This document shows positions 40,482-48,329 of a stretch of DNA of 63,782 nucleotides, in pieces (the stretch's first letter is position 1; every line of letters begins with the position of its first letter). The notes beneath the pieces are model-generated. The model made no database searches. It was not told the origin of the DNA and saw only the letters and a list, made by a program, of their open reading frames with translations. The translations under genes and the position numbers were made by a program. The stretch is from Candidatus Dormiibacterota bacterium (GTDB lineage: Bacteria > Chloroflexota > Dormibacteria > Aeolococcales > Bog-877). The stretch spans positions 1 to 63,782 of the forward strand of contig JBARIA010000018.1 of the NCBI GenBank assembly GCA_049799515.1, read 5' to 3'.

Positions 40482-40800
40482 ATTGCTAAGACCTCTTTCG
40501 CTTGTGCGTAGCGTCGCGTTCCTTCTCCGCCTTCACCGCTTCTGCCTCGGGCACACGCAAACTGCTTTCATCGCCCGCTCGCAGTTCTCTCGCGCCTTCG
40601 GCCCTTCTTCCATTTCTGATTTCGTGTGGCCTCCCCTACCATATCAGCGGAGATCCCCTTGCTTGGAGGCCCGAGTCTACGCCGATATAATGCCCCTAAC
40701 CCACGATGGCTCACCTCCACCGTGGGCCACCGCCAGGCGAAGACTTATGCAAGCAGCTCAGCGGGCAGATCGGAGAGGATAGATCGGCCCGAGATCATTT

Positions 40801-40874
40801 CGGCCCGTAGCTCAGCTGGTTAGAGCGGGGTTCTTATAAAGCCCAGGTCCTGGGTTCGAGTCCCAGCGGGCCGA
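40801..40874 (+). tRNA. tRNA-Ile with genomically encoded anticodon TAT
   Basis: Hand fold: acceptor CGGCCCG/CGGGCCG, D arm GCTC-AGCTGGTTA-GAGC, anticodon arm GGGTT-CTTATAA-AGCCC (anticodon 40835-40837 TAT), variable AGGTC, T arm CTGGG-TTCGAGT-CCCAG, discriminator A. The body resembles ileX-type tRNA-Ile2. Confidence 0.85.
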
Positions 40875-40915
40875 CCGCCCCATAGCTGAACCACCGGTCG
40901 CCCGGAGAACCCGCG

Positions 40916-40940
40916 TTGGTCGAGCTATTTGCTCGACCAA
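40916..40940. terminator. perfect 10-bp hairpin between tRNA-Ile and the VOC gene (candidate bidirectional terminator)
   Basis: TTGGTCGAGC-TATTT-GCTCGACCAA, 42 nt after the tRNA 3' end and about 80 nt after the convergent VOC gene stop. No U-tract. Confidence 0.45.
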
Positions 40941-41022
40941 TGCTCTCAACATCTCACCGCTTTGCGCGATGGTCCTACCGCAGCGACGGCCGCGACGGAT
41001 GGGAGCGCATACCGCACGCGGC

Positions 41023-41424
41023 TCAGCCTCCCGCGACACCCCGCTCGATGCAGAATTCGTTTCCCTCTGCATCAGTTAGGACCACCCATCCGGTCCCGTC
41101 CGGTCTGCGGCGATCCGCCGCAATTGTCGCTCCGAGCCTGAGAACGCGCTCCACCTCGGCGTCGCGCGACTCCGGTCTTGAGTCCACTGGAGCAAGATCG
41201 AGGTGGACTCGGTTCTTCACCTCCTTGGACTCGGGGACTCTCATGAGGAGCATGTTGGCGGACCCATCAGGCGCGACAAGCAGCGCTTCGTCGTCCTCTG
41301 GGAGATTCGGATTACCGGCGTCCTCGTGGTAACCGATGACTTCGGTCCAGAACTGCGCCAGACGGTATGGGTTGGCACAGTCCATGGTTATGGTGCGGAT
41401 TCGAAGGGTCATCTCTTGTCTCAC
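41023..41424 (-). CDS. VOC family (glyoxalase-like domain) protein
   Basis: TLRIRTITMDCANPYRLAQFWTEVIGY...NRVHLDLAP...GWVVLTDAEGNEFCI matches the glyoxalase-like domain pattern. The start may be the second ATG at 41412. Confidence 0.8.
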   Translation of the reverse strand: MRQEMTLRIRTITMDCANPYRLAQFWTEVIGYHEDAGNPNLPEDDEALLVAPDGSANMLLMRVPESKEVKNRVHLDLAPVDSRPESRDAEVERVLRLGATIAADRRRPDGTGWVVLTDAEGNEFCIERGVAGG

Positions 41425-42053
41425 TCCTGGAATATTGGGTGCGAAATAGGTCAGTGGCCGCCGAGCTGGTGGCTAGGCGTCGCGCGACTCGTCCATCGGC
41501 AGATGCCGCGTCACGCAGTCATGCGTGATCAGTCGGATCCGGTCTCCCCGCGCCCTGGGCCGAGCACCTCAGGATCTCTAAATGAGCCGTCCGCGGCACT
41601 CAGCCGGTCGGAACATGCTCAGGTACGGGGGGATAGAGCACTTGGCTTAAAGTCTCGATTCACACCCGCACCTCTCCGCATCCGGAGGAGTCCCTCACCA
41701 AGAGGAGGTTCGCAACGCCGTCCAAGGACGGCCATCCCAAGCACGGTACCACGGGTGCCGACCGACGGCAACCGACAGTGACGGGTCCAAGAGTTCCCCG
41801 ATGAACCGCCTTGGGCAAAGCAGTAACGCCACGCAATGAGGAGAGTCACCGATGGCCCACGGCTGGAGCTCTGGACCGGCGATGGCCATCTGGCCACGGG
41901 TGAACCGAGGTGTCTTGGGGCCTTCGTCGCTGCAGGAAGTCAACTCAGCGGTAGTTGTAGCAGCGGCCGAGGTGCACAACGTCTACATGGAGCAGGTTCG
42001 GGGAGGGTCCCGCAGGACCTTGTGCCACTGAGATTGTACTCACCCTCGGCTGA

Positions 42054-42239
42054 TCATCCTCGACCAGGCGAGAAGATCCTCCTAAATACCTCCCACCACC
42101 GCGGATAGTTCTCTTGGCACTCGTCATCGCCACCTGGACAGACGCCTCTACCCCAACAGTGCGAGCAGGCGGCCGGCCAGAGGTGAAAGTCCTCTGGGCG
42201 TCCTGACCCTCCACAGTGGCTGCAGCGCCGACCCTTCAT
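42054..42239 (-). CDS. possible Cys-rich mini-protein with two CxxCxGxG (DnaJ-type zinc finger) motifs
   Basis: 61-aa ORF MKGRRCSHCGGSGRPEDFHLWPAACSHCWGRGVCPGG... It sits in a gene-poor, lower-GC stretch. The ribosome-binding context is poor (GGAG only 1 nt from the ATG). Confidence 0.2.
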   Translation of the reverse strand: MKGRRCSHCGGSGRPEDFHLWPAACSHCWGRGVCPGGDDECQENYPRWWEVFRRIFSPGRG

Positions 42240-42558
42240 GCTCCAGAGCTTAGTTGTGGCCAGGCCAGCGGATGTGGGTCAGTGACGGAAGCCGTGCCAC
42301 TGTTGGACTGGTCTGGACCGTGGCGAGCGGAAGGGCATCCCGGCCGCGCCCTCACCGGTGGTGCCGGTTGGCACACCGGGGATCCAGCAGGACCATCTCC
42401 GCCCCTGGCCGCCTGGGGCGCGCGACCTCGGACTGGGTGGTCAGACAGCCAGCCGTGCGAAAATGGCCGGCGCAGTTGAGGGGCTGTTCCGGCCCGAACT
42501 CGATTGGATCAAATGCCGGGTCCCTCGGCGGGGCCACCCCAGATGGAGCACCAGACCT

Positions 42559-43311
42559 GTGTCCTTGGTGGTGATTCTCTGCGAGGACCGCTTTCGCGAG
42601 CAGCTTGAGACGCTCGCTGGCGAAGTTGGATACGCGGTGCCCAGGCCGGGTGAGATCGACTCTGAGCCTGGATCTACGGTGCCCGCCCGGCTCCAGCGCG
42701 ACCCCAACCTGGCTCTGGTGGTCAGCGAGCGGTCCGGCCAGGAGTGGGTGCACGCACTCGACGGCGAGGACACCCGTTACTGGCTGGTCGAGGCGGGATC
42801 TCCCAGAAGTCTGGGGTTCGTACCACCCAAACGCCGCCCCCACCGCCATCTGCTGGGGCTCGACCAAACCACCCTCGGCTATCTGCGGCAGCTCCTAGAC
42901 GACTGGCGGGACCGCGACCTGCTCCGGGTGGACTGCTTCACCTTCGCCTTCCGGGACGGGATGCCTCATGAGGCGGACTGGGTGATCGACACCCGCTTCC
43001 TCGACAGCCCCTACTGGATCGCCGAGATGCGGGAGAAGCCTGGGACCGATCCCATGGTTCGCGAGTACGTGATGGAGCAGCCCGGAGCGCAGGAGCTGGT
43101 CGGTCAGTTCCTGCCGATGCTGCTGCGGCTGGTTCCGCTCTACCAATCGCAGCGCCGTTCAGTCCTGCGGGTGGCGGTGGGCTGCACCGGCGGACTGCAC
43201 CGTTCGATGGCAATCGCCTCAGAGCTGGTGGAGCGGATCGATGAGTCAGGCATGGCGGCGGCCCGCTACCTCAAGGAGCCGCCCCTCCACCTGCCCCAGG
43301 AGCTGGACTAG
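42559..43311 (+). CDS. RapZ (YvcJ) homolog with degenerate Walker A
   Basis: The C-terminal domain is clear (DCFTFAFRDGMPHEADWVIDTRFLDSPYW ... VAVGCTGGLHRSMAIASEL). The N-terminal LVVILCEDRFREQLETLAGEVGYAV aligns with lvIvTGlSGAGKStAlraLEDlGYfcV, but the P-loop is gone. GTG at 42559 with GGAG 10 nt upstream. The track start at 42358 is doubtful. Confidence 0.75.
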   Translation: MSLVVILCEDRFREQLETLAGEVGYAVPRPGEIDSEPGSTVPARLQRDPNLALVVSERSGQEWVHALDGEDTRYWLVEAGSPRSLGFVPPKRRPHRHLLGLDQTTLGYLRQLLDDWRDRDLLRVDCFTFAFRDGMPHEADWVIDTRFLDSPYWIAEMREKPGTDPMVREYVMEQPGAQELVGQFLPMLLRLVPLYQSQRRSVLRVAVGCTGGLHRSMAIASELVERIDESGMAAARYLKEPPLHLPQELD

Positions 43312-43325
43312 CCACTCCCGCGCCC

Positions 43326-43931
43326 TCAGCCCTGGGCAGCGCCTACTGCCGAGATCACCGCCCTGGCGCCGATCGGCAGGCGACCAGGGAGCGCGGCCCC
43401 GCCGTGGGGCAGAACCGAGCGGACCAGATCTTCGTAGGCGCTGCGCACCTCGGGGTAGCGCAGGAACAGCAGATGCGCATACTCCTGCACCACCGGGCGC
43501 GGGGGCCGGCGCAGACGCAGGTGCACCTCGGCCGGGAGATGGTTGGCCTTGCGGCTGTTGCAGCGTTTGCAGGCGACCACCTGGTTCTCCCAGCTGCTGG
43601 GATTGCCCCCGCGAGAGACCGGGATGACGTGGTCGATGGTGAGCTCGGGGGGAGCCGCGTGGATGCCGCAGTACTGACAGCAGTGCTCGTCCCGCAGCAA
43701 CAGATTGCGGCGGTTGGGTCGCAGCATCCGTCGGGGAACCATGATGTTGCGCAGCAACCGAACCACGATCACCCCGTCACTGAAGCGGCGCTGGGCCAGC
43801 TCCTCCACCACCATCGCCTTGACCGAGTCATCTAGGAAGGCGACTCGCTCTTTGGTCAGCAGCACGACCAGACGACGTCGGCTGATGACGTTGAGCGGTT
43901 GCAGCGAGGCGTTCAACAAAAGCACCGGCAT
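43326..43931 (-). CDS. HNH endonuclease (COG1403-type)
   Basis: ATG at 43931 (MPVLLLNASLQPLNVIS...). HNH core CQYCG...LTIDHVIPVSRGGNPSSWENQVVACKRCNSRK. The upstream part of the 397-aa track ORF is an Arg/Gly/Pro-rich shadow. Confidence 0.85.
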   Translation of the reverse strand: MPVLLLNASLQPLNVISRRRLVVLLTKERVAFLDDSVKAMVVEELAQRRFSDGVIVVRLLRNIMVPRRMLRPNRRNLLLRDEHCCQYCGIHAAPPELTIDHVIPVSRGGNPSSWENQVVACKRCNSRKANHLPAEVHLRLRRPPRPVVQEYAHLLFLRYPEVRSAYEDLVRSVLPHGGAALPGRLPIGARAVISAVGAAQG

Positions 43932-44137
43932 GACGCCATTGTGAGCACATCGCGGCCGGGAGTTCAGCCCCGGCGCAGACCCAGTGCCGTCCGAACCGCC
44001 GCCACGTGCCCCAGCACCCCATGGTTCACCGTCAGAAAAACCAGGGCCAGCACCAGCACCACCAGGAGGGCCAGTGCCAGGTAACTGGTGACCGAGGGGC
44101 CGGACGTCGGTAGCGGAAGTCCCGGCTGGGCCACCGC

Positions 44138-45475
44138 CTACCCTCCCGCGTCCCGGCGCAGGGGCGGCTCGCTTTGCCAGCGTCCCTTGCCATCGACCCC
44201 GACCACCGAGAGGGACCACTGGCCATTGCCCCAGCTGAGCGCCATCGGGAAGAGCCGGGCCACCTCCTCGCGCTGCCAGCTGCTGGTGATCGCCAGCTGG
44301 GCCGGATCGATCTGCCTTGCCAGCTGCTCCAGGCCACTGGCCAAGGAGTGCTGACGGAGCGCCAGAACCGTGCCCCCGCCGGACCTGGGCAGGGCTCGGA
44401 TCAACTCCTCCAGGATCGGCTCGGGGGGTTGGTCGAGAAAGAGTTCGCCGGTCCGCAGCGCCTCCAGCACCGCCCCCGGGTGGTGGGGGTCGAGGGTCGG
44501 CCATCCGGCTGGAATCCACCAGTCGGCGGTCCCAAAGCTGAGCACCCGGGTGCTGGCGAAACTCGACTCGAAGCGGTGCGCCAGCGCAGCCAGGGCCGGC
44601 TCGGGCCAGGGCCCCGCCACCAGCAGGGTGGCGCCCATCAACACCGACCGGCGGGCCTCCTCCAACTCCCCGGGGTCTAATTCCGCCGCTACTCGGGGGG
44701 CCAGATGGACGGACAGGTAGGGTCGATCGGTCAGCGGCGGCAGCAGGAATTCGAGAGCCACGTCGCCGACGTGGCCCTCTCCACTGAGCGCCTCATCGGG
44801 GAGGTCCAGGTCGCGGCGGACCGTTGCCAACGCCTCGGCGACCGTCCCAGGAGAGAGCGGCTTACCCAGCTGGGCCCAACGCTCTCGGGTGAGTGCCTCA
44901 ACCGGAGATCCGGGTCTGATCCGCACCAGGTCGGCCCCCCTCTCCAGGGCCTCTCGAGATAGCGCCGGAGCCCCGCTCAGGTCGAGTTCCTCGGGGTTCG
45001 CCAAATCCTCGTCCGGTTCGTCCTCAGGGACCGAGGCGCCGGCGGAGGGGGGCGGCGGGACTCCTTGCGCCGGCCCGTTCTCCAGCCAGGTGGCGGAGGA
45101 TCCGGAGCTGGCCGGGGAGCGACCGCTGGGCGGGGGTGGCGGGGGGGTGCCAGCGACCGCGATCAGGGTCATCACCACTCCCGCCACCCTCAGGGAGCCT
45201 CCCACCTCCAGCAGCGCCCGAGCCCCGGGGGCAAGTCGCCTCCCGTCGACCCAGCTGCCGCTGACCCCGCCGAGATCATGCACCTCAACTCCGACAGGCA
45301 CTCGGATCAGCTCCACGTGACGGTTGTCAACCGCCTCATTGGGGTCTAGATGGCTGACGTCGACGTCGGGGATGGTGCCCCCAGGTGTGCTGCGGCCAAG
45401 CAGGATCGGGTAGCGCTCCAGGGTTACCGTGGCTCCGTCCTGGGCTCGCAGCGCGAGAAGGCCGGTGGTGCTCAT
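44138..45475 (-). CDS. FHA domain protein fused to a degenerate secretion-ATPase-like (GspE/PilT/CpaF-type) domain
   Basis: N-terminal FHA (ILLGRS...NRHVELIRVPVGVEVHDLGGVSGSWVDGRRL), a poly-Pro linker, then LLVAGPWPEPALAALA where ATPases have vlvtGPTGSGKTTtLyA. RVLSFGTADWW sits where the Asp box/Walker B would be, and SGGGTVLALRQHSLASGLEQLA where tGHlvlsTlHtnsa..ai.RL would be. Confidence 0.8.
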   Translation of the reverse strand: MSTTGLLALRAQDGATVTLERYPILLGRSTPGGTIPDVDVSHLDPNEAVDNRHVELIRVPVGVEVHDLGGVSGSWVDGRRLAPGARALLEVGGSLRVAGVVMTLIAVAGTPPPPPPSGRSPASSGSSATWLENGPAQGVPPPPSAGASVPEDEPDEDLANPEELDLSGAPALSREALERGADLVRIRPGSPVEALTRERWAQLGKPLSPGTVAEALATVRRDLDLPDEALSGEGHVGDVALEFLLPPLTDRPYLSVHLAPRVAAELDPGELEEARRSVLMGATLLVAGPWPEPALAALAHRFESSFASTRVLSFGTADWWIPAGWPTLDPHHPGAVLEALRTGELFLDQPPEPILEELIRALPRSGGGTVLALRQHSLASGLEQLARQIDPAQLAITSSWQREEVARLFPMALSWGNGQWSLSVVGVDGKGRWQSEPPLRRDAGG

Positions 45476-45511
45476 CGGCTCAGGACCAGCCGCGGGGATG
45501 GCACGGCCCTG

Positions 45512-46480
45512 TCATCCCTTGACCCCGCGGCTCTCGAGCTCGGAGACCAGGGCGGGGACCACCTTCAAGGCATCCCCGACCACTCCCAGGTCGCACAGCT
45601 TGAAGATCGGTGCATCCCGGTCCCTGTTGATGGCGACGATGTGCTTGGCCCCCTTCATCCCCACCGTGTGCTGCATCGCCCCGCTGATCCCGCAGGCGAC
45701 ATATAAGTCCGGCTTGACCGTCTTTCCGGTCTGACCGACCTGGCGGGCGTAGGGGACCCAGCCGGCGTCGACCACCGCCCGGCTGGCTCCCACGGCGCCG
45801 TGGAGCAGCTCGGCGAGCCTCTCCAGCATCTCGAAGTTGCTGGGATCCTGGAGTCCTCGGCCACCGCTGACCACCACCTTGGCCTCCTCCAGCTTAGGAC
45901 CGCTGCTGGGCACGACCACCGACTCCAGCCGGCGCGCCCCCCTGGGCGCGTCCTGGGGAAGGGGCAGGTCGACCACCTTGGCTGGCGGCCCCGAGGCGGC
46001 CTCGGCGACCACCGACTTGGGTCTTACCAGCACACACGGGCTGGGGCCGCTCAGTTCAGTGAGTACGTTCTGGGAGGCTCCGAAGATGGAGCTGGCCGCG
46101 GCGAAGCCCTGGCCGTGGGGGACGACATCGGTGGCGTTGGCGACGACAGTCAGACCGAGCCGGGCGCTCAGCCGGGCGCAGATGTCCCGGGCGTCGTAGG
46201 TCGCCCCGAAGAGAATGAGGTCGGGGCGGTGCCCCTCGACCAGCGCCGCCAGGGTGGCGGCCGCAGGCTGGGACACGAACTGTCGGTAGGCCGCGTCCTG
46301 GCCCGCATATAGGGTGGTCGCGCCATATTCCCCGAGCTTCGTGGCGGCCCCGGGAGCATCTTGGTCCAGCACCACCACCTCGACCTCGCCCAGCTGGCGC
46401 GCCTTGGTGAGCACCTCCAGCGAAACCGGGGCAAGCTCGGAATCCACCAGCTCCGCGTAGACCAGGATCTTCTTGGCCAC
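45512..46480 (-). CDS. etfA: electron transfer flavoprotein subunit alpha
   Basis: 322 aa. C-terminal FAD-binding block VVSGGRG...GASRAVVDAGW...QVGQTGKTVKPDLYVACGISGAMQH. Confidence 0.95.
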   Translation of the reverse strand: MAKKILVYAELVDSELAPVSLEVLTKARQLGEVEVVVLDQDAPGAATKLGEYGATTLYAGQDAAYRQFVSQPAAATLAALVEGHRPDLILFGATYDARDICARLSARLGLTVVANATDVVPHGQGFAAASSIFGASQNVLTELSGPSPCVLVRPKSVVAEAASGPPAKVVDLPLPQDAPRGARRLESVVVPSSGPKLEEAKVVVSGGRGLQDPSNFEMLERLAELLHGAVGASRAVVDAGWVPYARQVGQTGKTVKPDLYVACGISGAMQHTVGMKGAKHIVAINRDRDAPIFKLCDLGVVGDALKVVPALVSELESRGVKG

Positions 46481-46482
46481 TC

Positions 46483-47265
46483 TCAGATCACCTTGATCTC
46501 AGCCAGGAAGTCGGCGATCCGCACGGCGGCCTCGCCCTGGTCCTCGATCACCTCTCCCACCGCGCGTTCAGGAGCCGGCTCGACGCTGAATATCCGCTGG
46601 TAAGCGCCGCCAGCCCCCACTCCTGAGGGATCGATCGCAAGCTCCTCCAATGAGGGCTGGTCCAGGGGCCGACTCCTCGAGGCGACGATGCCTTTGAGAG
46701 TCGGGTAGCGCGGCTCATTGATCCCGCCGGTCACGGTCACCACCGCCGGCAGCTCGGCCTCCACCACGTCGTGGCCTTGGGGGGTCTGGCGGTGGATGCG
46801 CACCTTGCCCCCGGCCACCTCCAGCTCCTTGGCGAAGGTGAGCGAGGGCCAGCCCAGCAGCTCCGCGATGGCCGCGGGAACGGTCCCGGTGTAGCCGTCG
46901 GTGGACTCCGTGCAGGCGATCAGCAGGTCCGGCTGCACTCGTTTGGTCGCCGCCGCCAGCACCCGGGCGGTGGTTAAGGCATCGGAGCCGCGCAGCCGGT
47001 CATCGCTGACCAGCACCCCCTCCGAAGCCCCCATCGCCATCGCCTTCCGAATCGCTTCGACCGCCTTATCAGCCCCCATCGAGATGGCCACCACCTCGCC
47101 CTCGTTGGTGGCCGCCACCTGGAGGGCCGCCTCGACCCCATAGGAGTCCCCGGGGTCCAGCACCAGTTCGCCCTGATCGCGGACCAGAAGGTGGGTTGCT
47201 GGGTCCAGCCTGCCCACTCCAGAGGGATCGGGGATCTGCTTGACCAAGACCGCGATCTTCAACAA
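46483..47265 (-). CDS. etfB: electron transfer flavoprotein subunit beta
   Basis: 260 aa starting MLKIAVLVKQIPD, immediately upstream of etfA (2-nt gap). Confidence 0.95.
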   Translation of the reverse strand: MLKIAVLVKQIPDPSGVGRLDPATHLLVRDQGELVLDPGDSYGVEAALQVAATNEGEVVAISMGADKAVEAIRKAMAMGASEGVLVSDDRLRGSDALTTARVLAAATKRVQPDLLIACTESTDGYTGTVPAAIAELLGWPSLTFAKELEVAGGKVRIHRQTPQGHDVVEAELPAVVTVTGGINEPRYPTLKGIVASRSRPLDQPSLEELAIDPSGVGAGGAYQRIFSVEPAPERAVGEVIEDQGEAAVRIADFLAEIKVI

Positions 47266-47436
47266 CTAGGCGATCCTCCACTCAGCCAGTCCCATCCTAG
47301 GGGCCAAGCCATCTTACCGAGCGTCAAACGGACCCCATCTCGAACCCTCGGGTCGGGTGGTCTGTAACCCGGACGTATAATCGGCCAGCCCTTCCGAGGG
47401 CGAGGCAGACCGGCGGCAGGCGCCGGCCCGCTCCCG

Positions 47437-47514
47437 GGCCCCGTGGTGTAGCTGGCCTAACACGCCACCCTGTCAAGGTGGAGATCGGCGGTTCGAATCC
47501 GCTCGGGGTCGCCA
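47437..47514 (+). tRNA. tRNA-Asp (anticodon GTC), CCA encoded
   Basis: Acceptor GGCCCCG/CGGGGTC, anticodon arm CCACC-CTGTCAA-GGTGG, T arm GGCGG-TTCGAAT-CCGCT-type, discriminator G followed by CCA. TATAAT at 47376-47381 is a possible -10. Confidence 0.9.
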
Positions 47515-47567
47515 GCTCTCCATCCACTGGACCGAAGACCGGTCGGGATGGCGCTACGATCGCCGAG

Positions 47568-48329
47568 ATGTCGATCCATCCCGAGGCCAGCGCCGGCTTC
47601 GCCCGGGGGGCAGCGGCCTACGAGCGGGGCCGGCCCGACTATCCTCCGGCTGCGGTCGGTTGGCTGGCATCCCGGCTCGGAGTTGGCCCGGGCAAGCTGG
47701 TGGTCGACCTCGGTGCCGGGACCGGCAAGCTGACTCGGCAGCTGCTTCCTTACGGTGCCCGGTTGGTCGCGCTGGAGCCGGTCAAGGAGATGGCTGCGGA
47801 GCTGGAGCGAGCGGTCGTCGGGGTCGAGGTGCTGGCCGAGGCCGCCGCCAGCACCTCACTCGCCTCAGGATCGGTGTACGCCGCCACTGCCGGTCAGTCC
47901 TTCCACTGGTTCGCCGATCAGCCCTCCCTGCATGAGATCCACCGCATCCTCCGCCCGGGCGGCCGGCTGGGGCTGGTCTGGAATCGTCGTGACCTGCGAT
48001 CGCAGCTGTGGCGAGCGGTGTCCGAACTTACCGACCCATTGCGGAAGGGCTCCCCGGACCAGTCCACCGGCGAGTGGCGCCGGCACCTGCAATCCAGCCG
48101 TCTCTTCGGGCCGCTGGAGTCTCGGGCCTTCTCACACGAGCAGCTGGCGACTCCTGAACAGCTGGTTGACCGGGTCATGTCGCTCAGCTTCGTGGCCGCC
48201 TCGGCCCAACCGGTCCAGGAGCGCCTTGGCCAGCGGATGGTGGAGCTGGCCGCCGAGTACCAAAGTCGGCCCGGCCAGCCGATCGCCCTCCCCTACCAGA
48301 GCGAAGTCTTCGCCTGCCGTGCCTGCTGA
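47568..48329 (+). CDS. class I SAM-dependent methyltransferase
   Basis: VVDLGAGTGKLT motif I. ATG at 47568 is chosen because the track start at 47478 lies inside tRNA-Asp. Confidence 0.85.
   Translation: MSIHPEASAGFARGAAAYERGRPDYPPAAVGWLASRLGVGPGKLVVDLGAGTGKLTRQLLPYGARLVALEPVKEMAAELERAVVGVEVLAEAAASTSLASGSVYAATAGQSFHWFADQPSLHEIHRILRPGGRLGLVWNRRDLRSQLWRAVSELTDPLRKGSPDQSTGEWRRHLQSSRLFGPLESRAFSHEQLATPEQLVDRVMSLSFVAASAQPVQERLGQRMVELAAEYQSRPGQPIALPYQSEVFACRAC

Larger units (their letters stand above)
39835..40874. mobile_element. decayed integrative element inserted in tRNA-Ile, bounded by a tRNA half-copy and the intact tRNA
   Basis: A 39-nt direct repeat (see repeat feature), an integrase gene fragment abutting the left repeat, and visibly lower GC than the flanks. 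Confidence 0.7.

Noticed and set aside
40482-40800. Small basic ORFs (24-49 aa) on the minus strand between the 55-aa membrane ORF and tRNA-Ile, as possible antitoxin or excisionase remnants.
   Set aside because: Several overlapping frames are equally open. None has a convincing start, a ribosome-binding site or a recognisable motif.
43326-45475. Septu-like (ATPase plus HNH) defence pair.
   Set aside because: The upstream protein is not an ABC/AAA_15-type PtuA and has no intact NTPase motifs. The HNH protein belongs to the widespread stand-alone LLLNAS...HNH type. The genes are 206 bp apart. The resemblance is only compositional.
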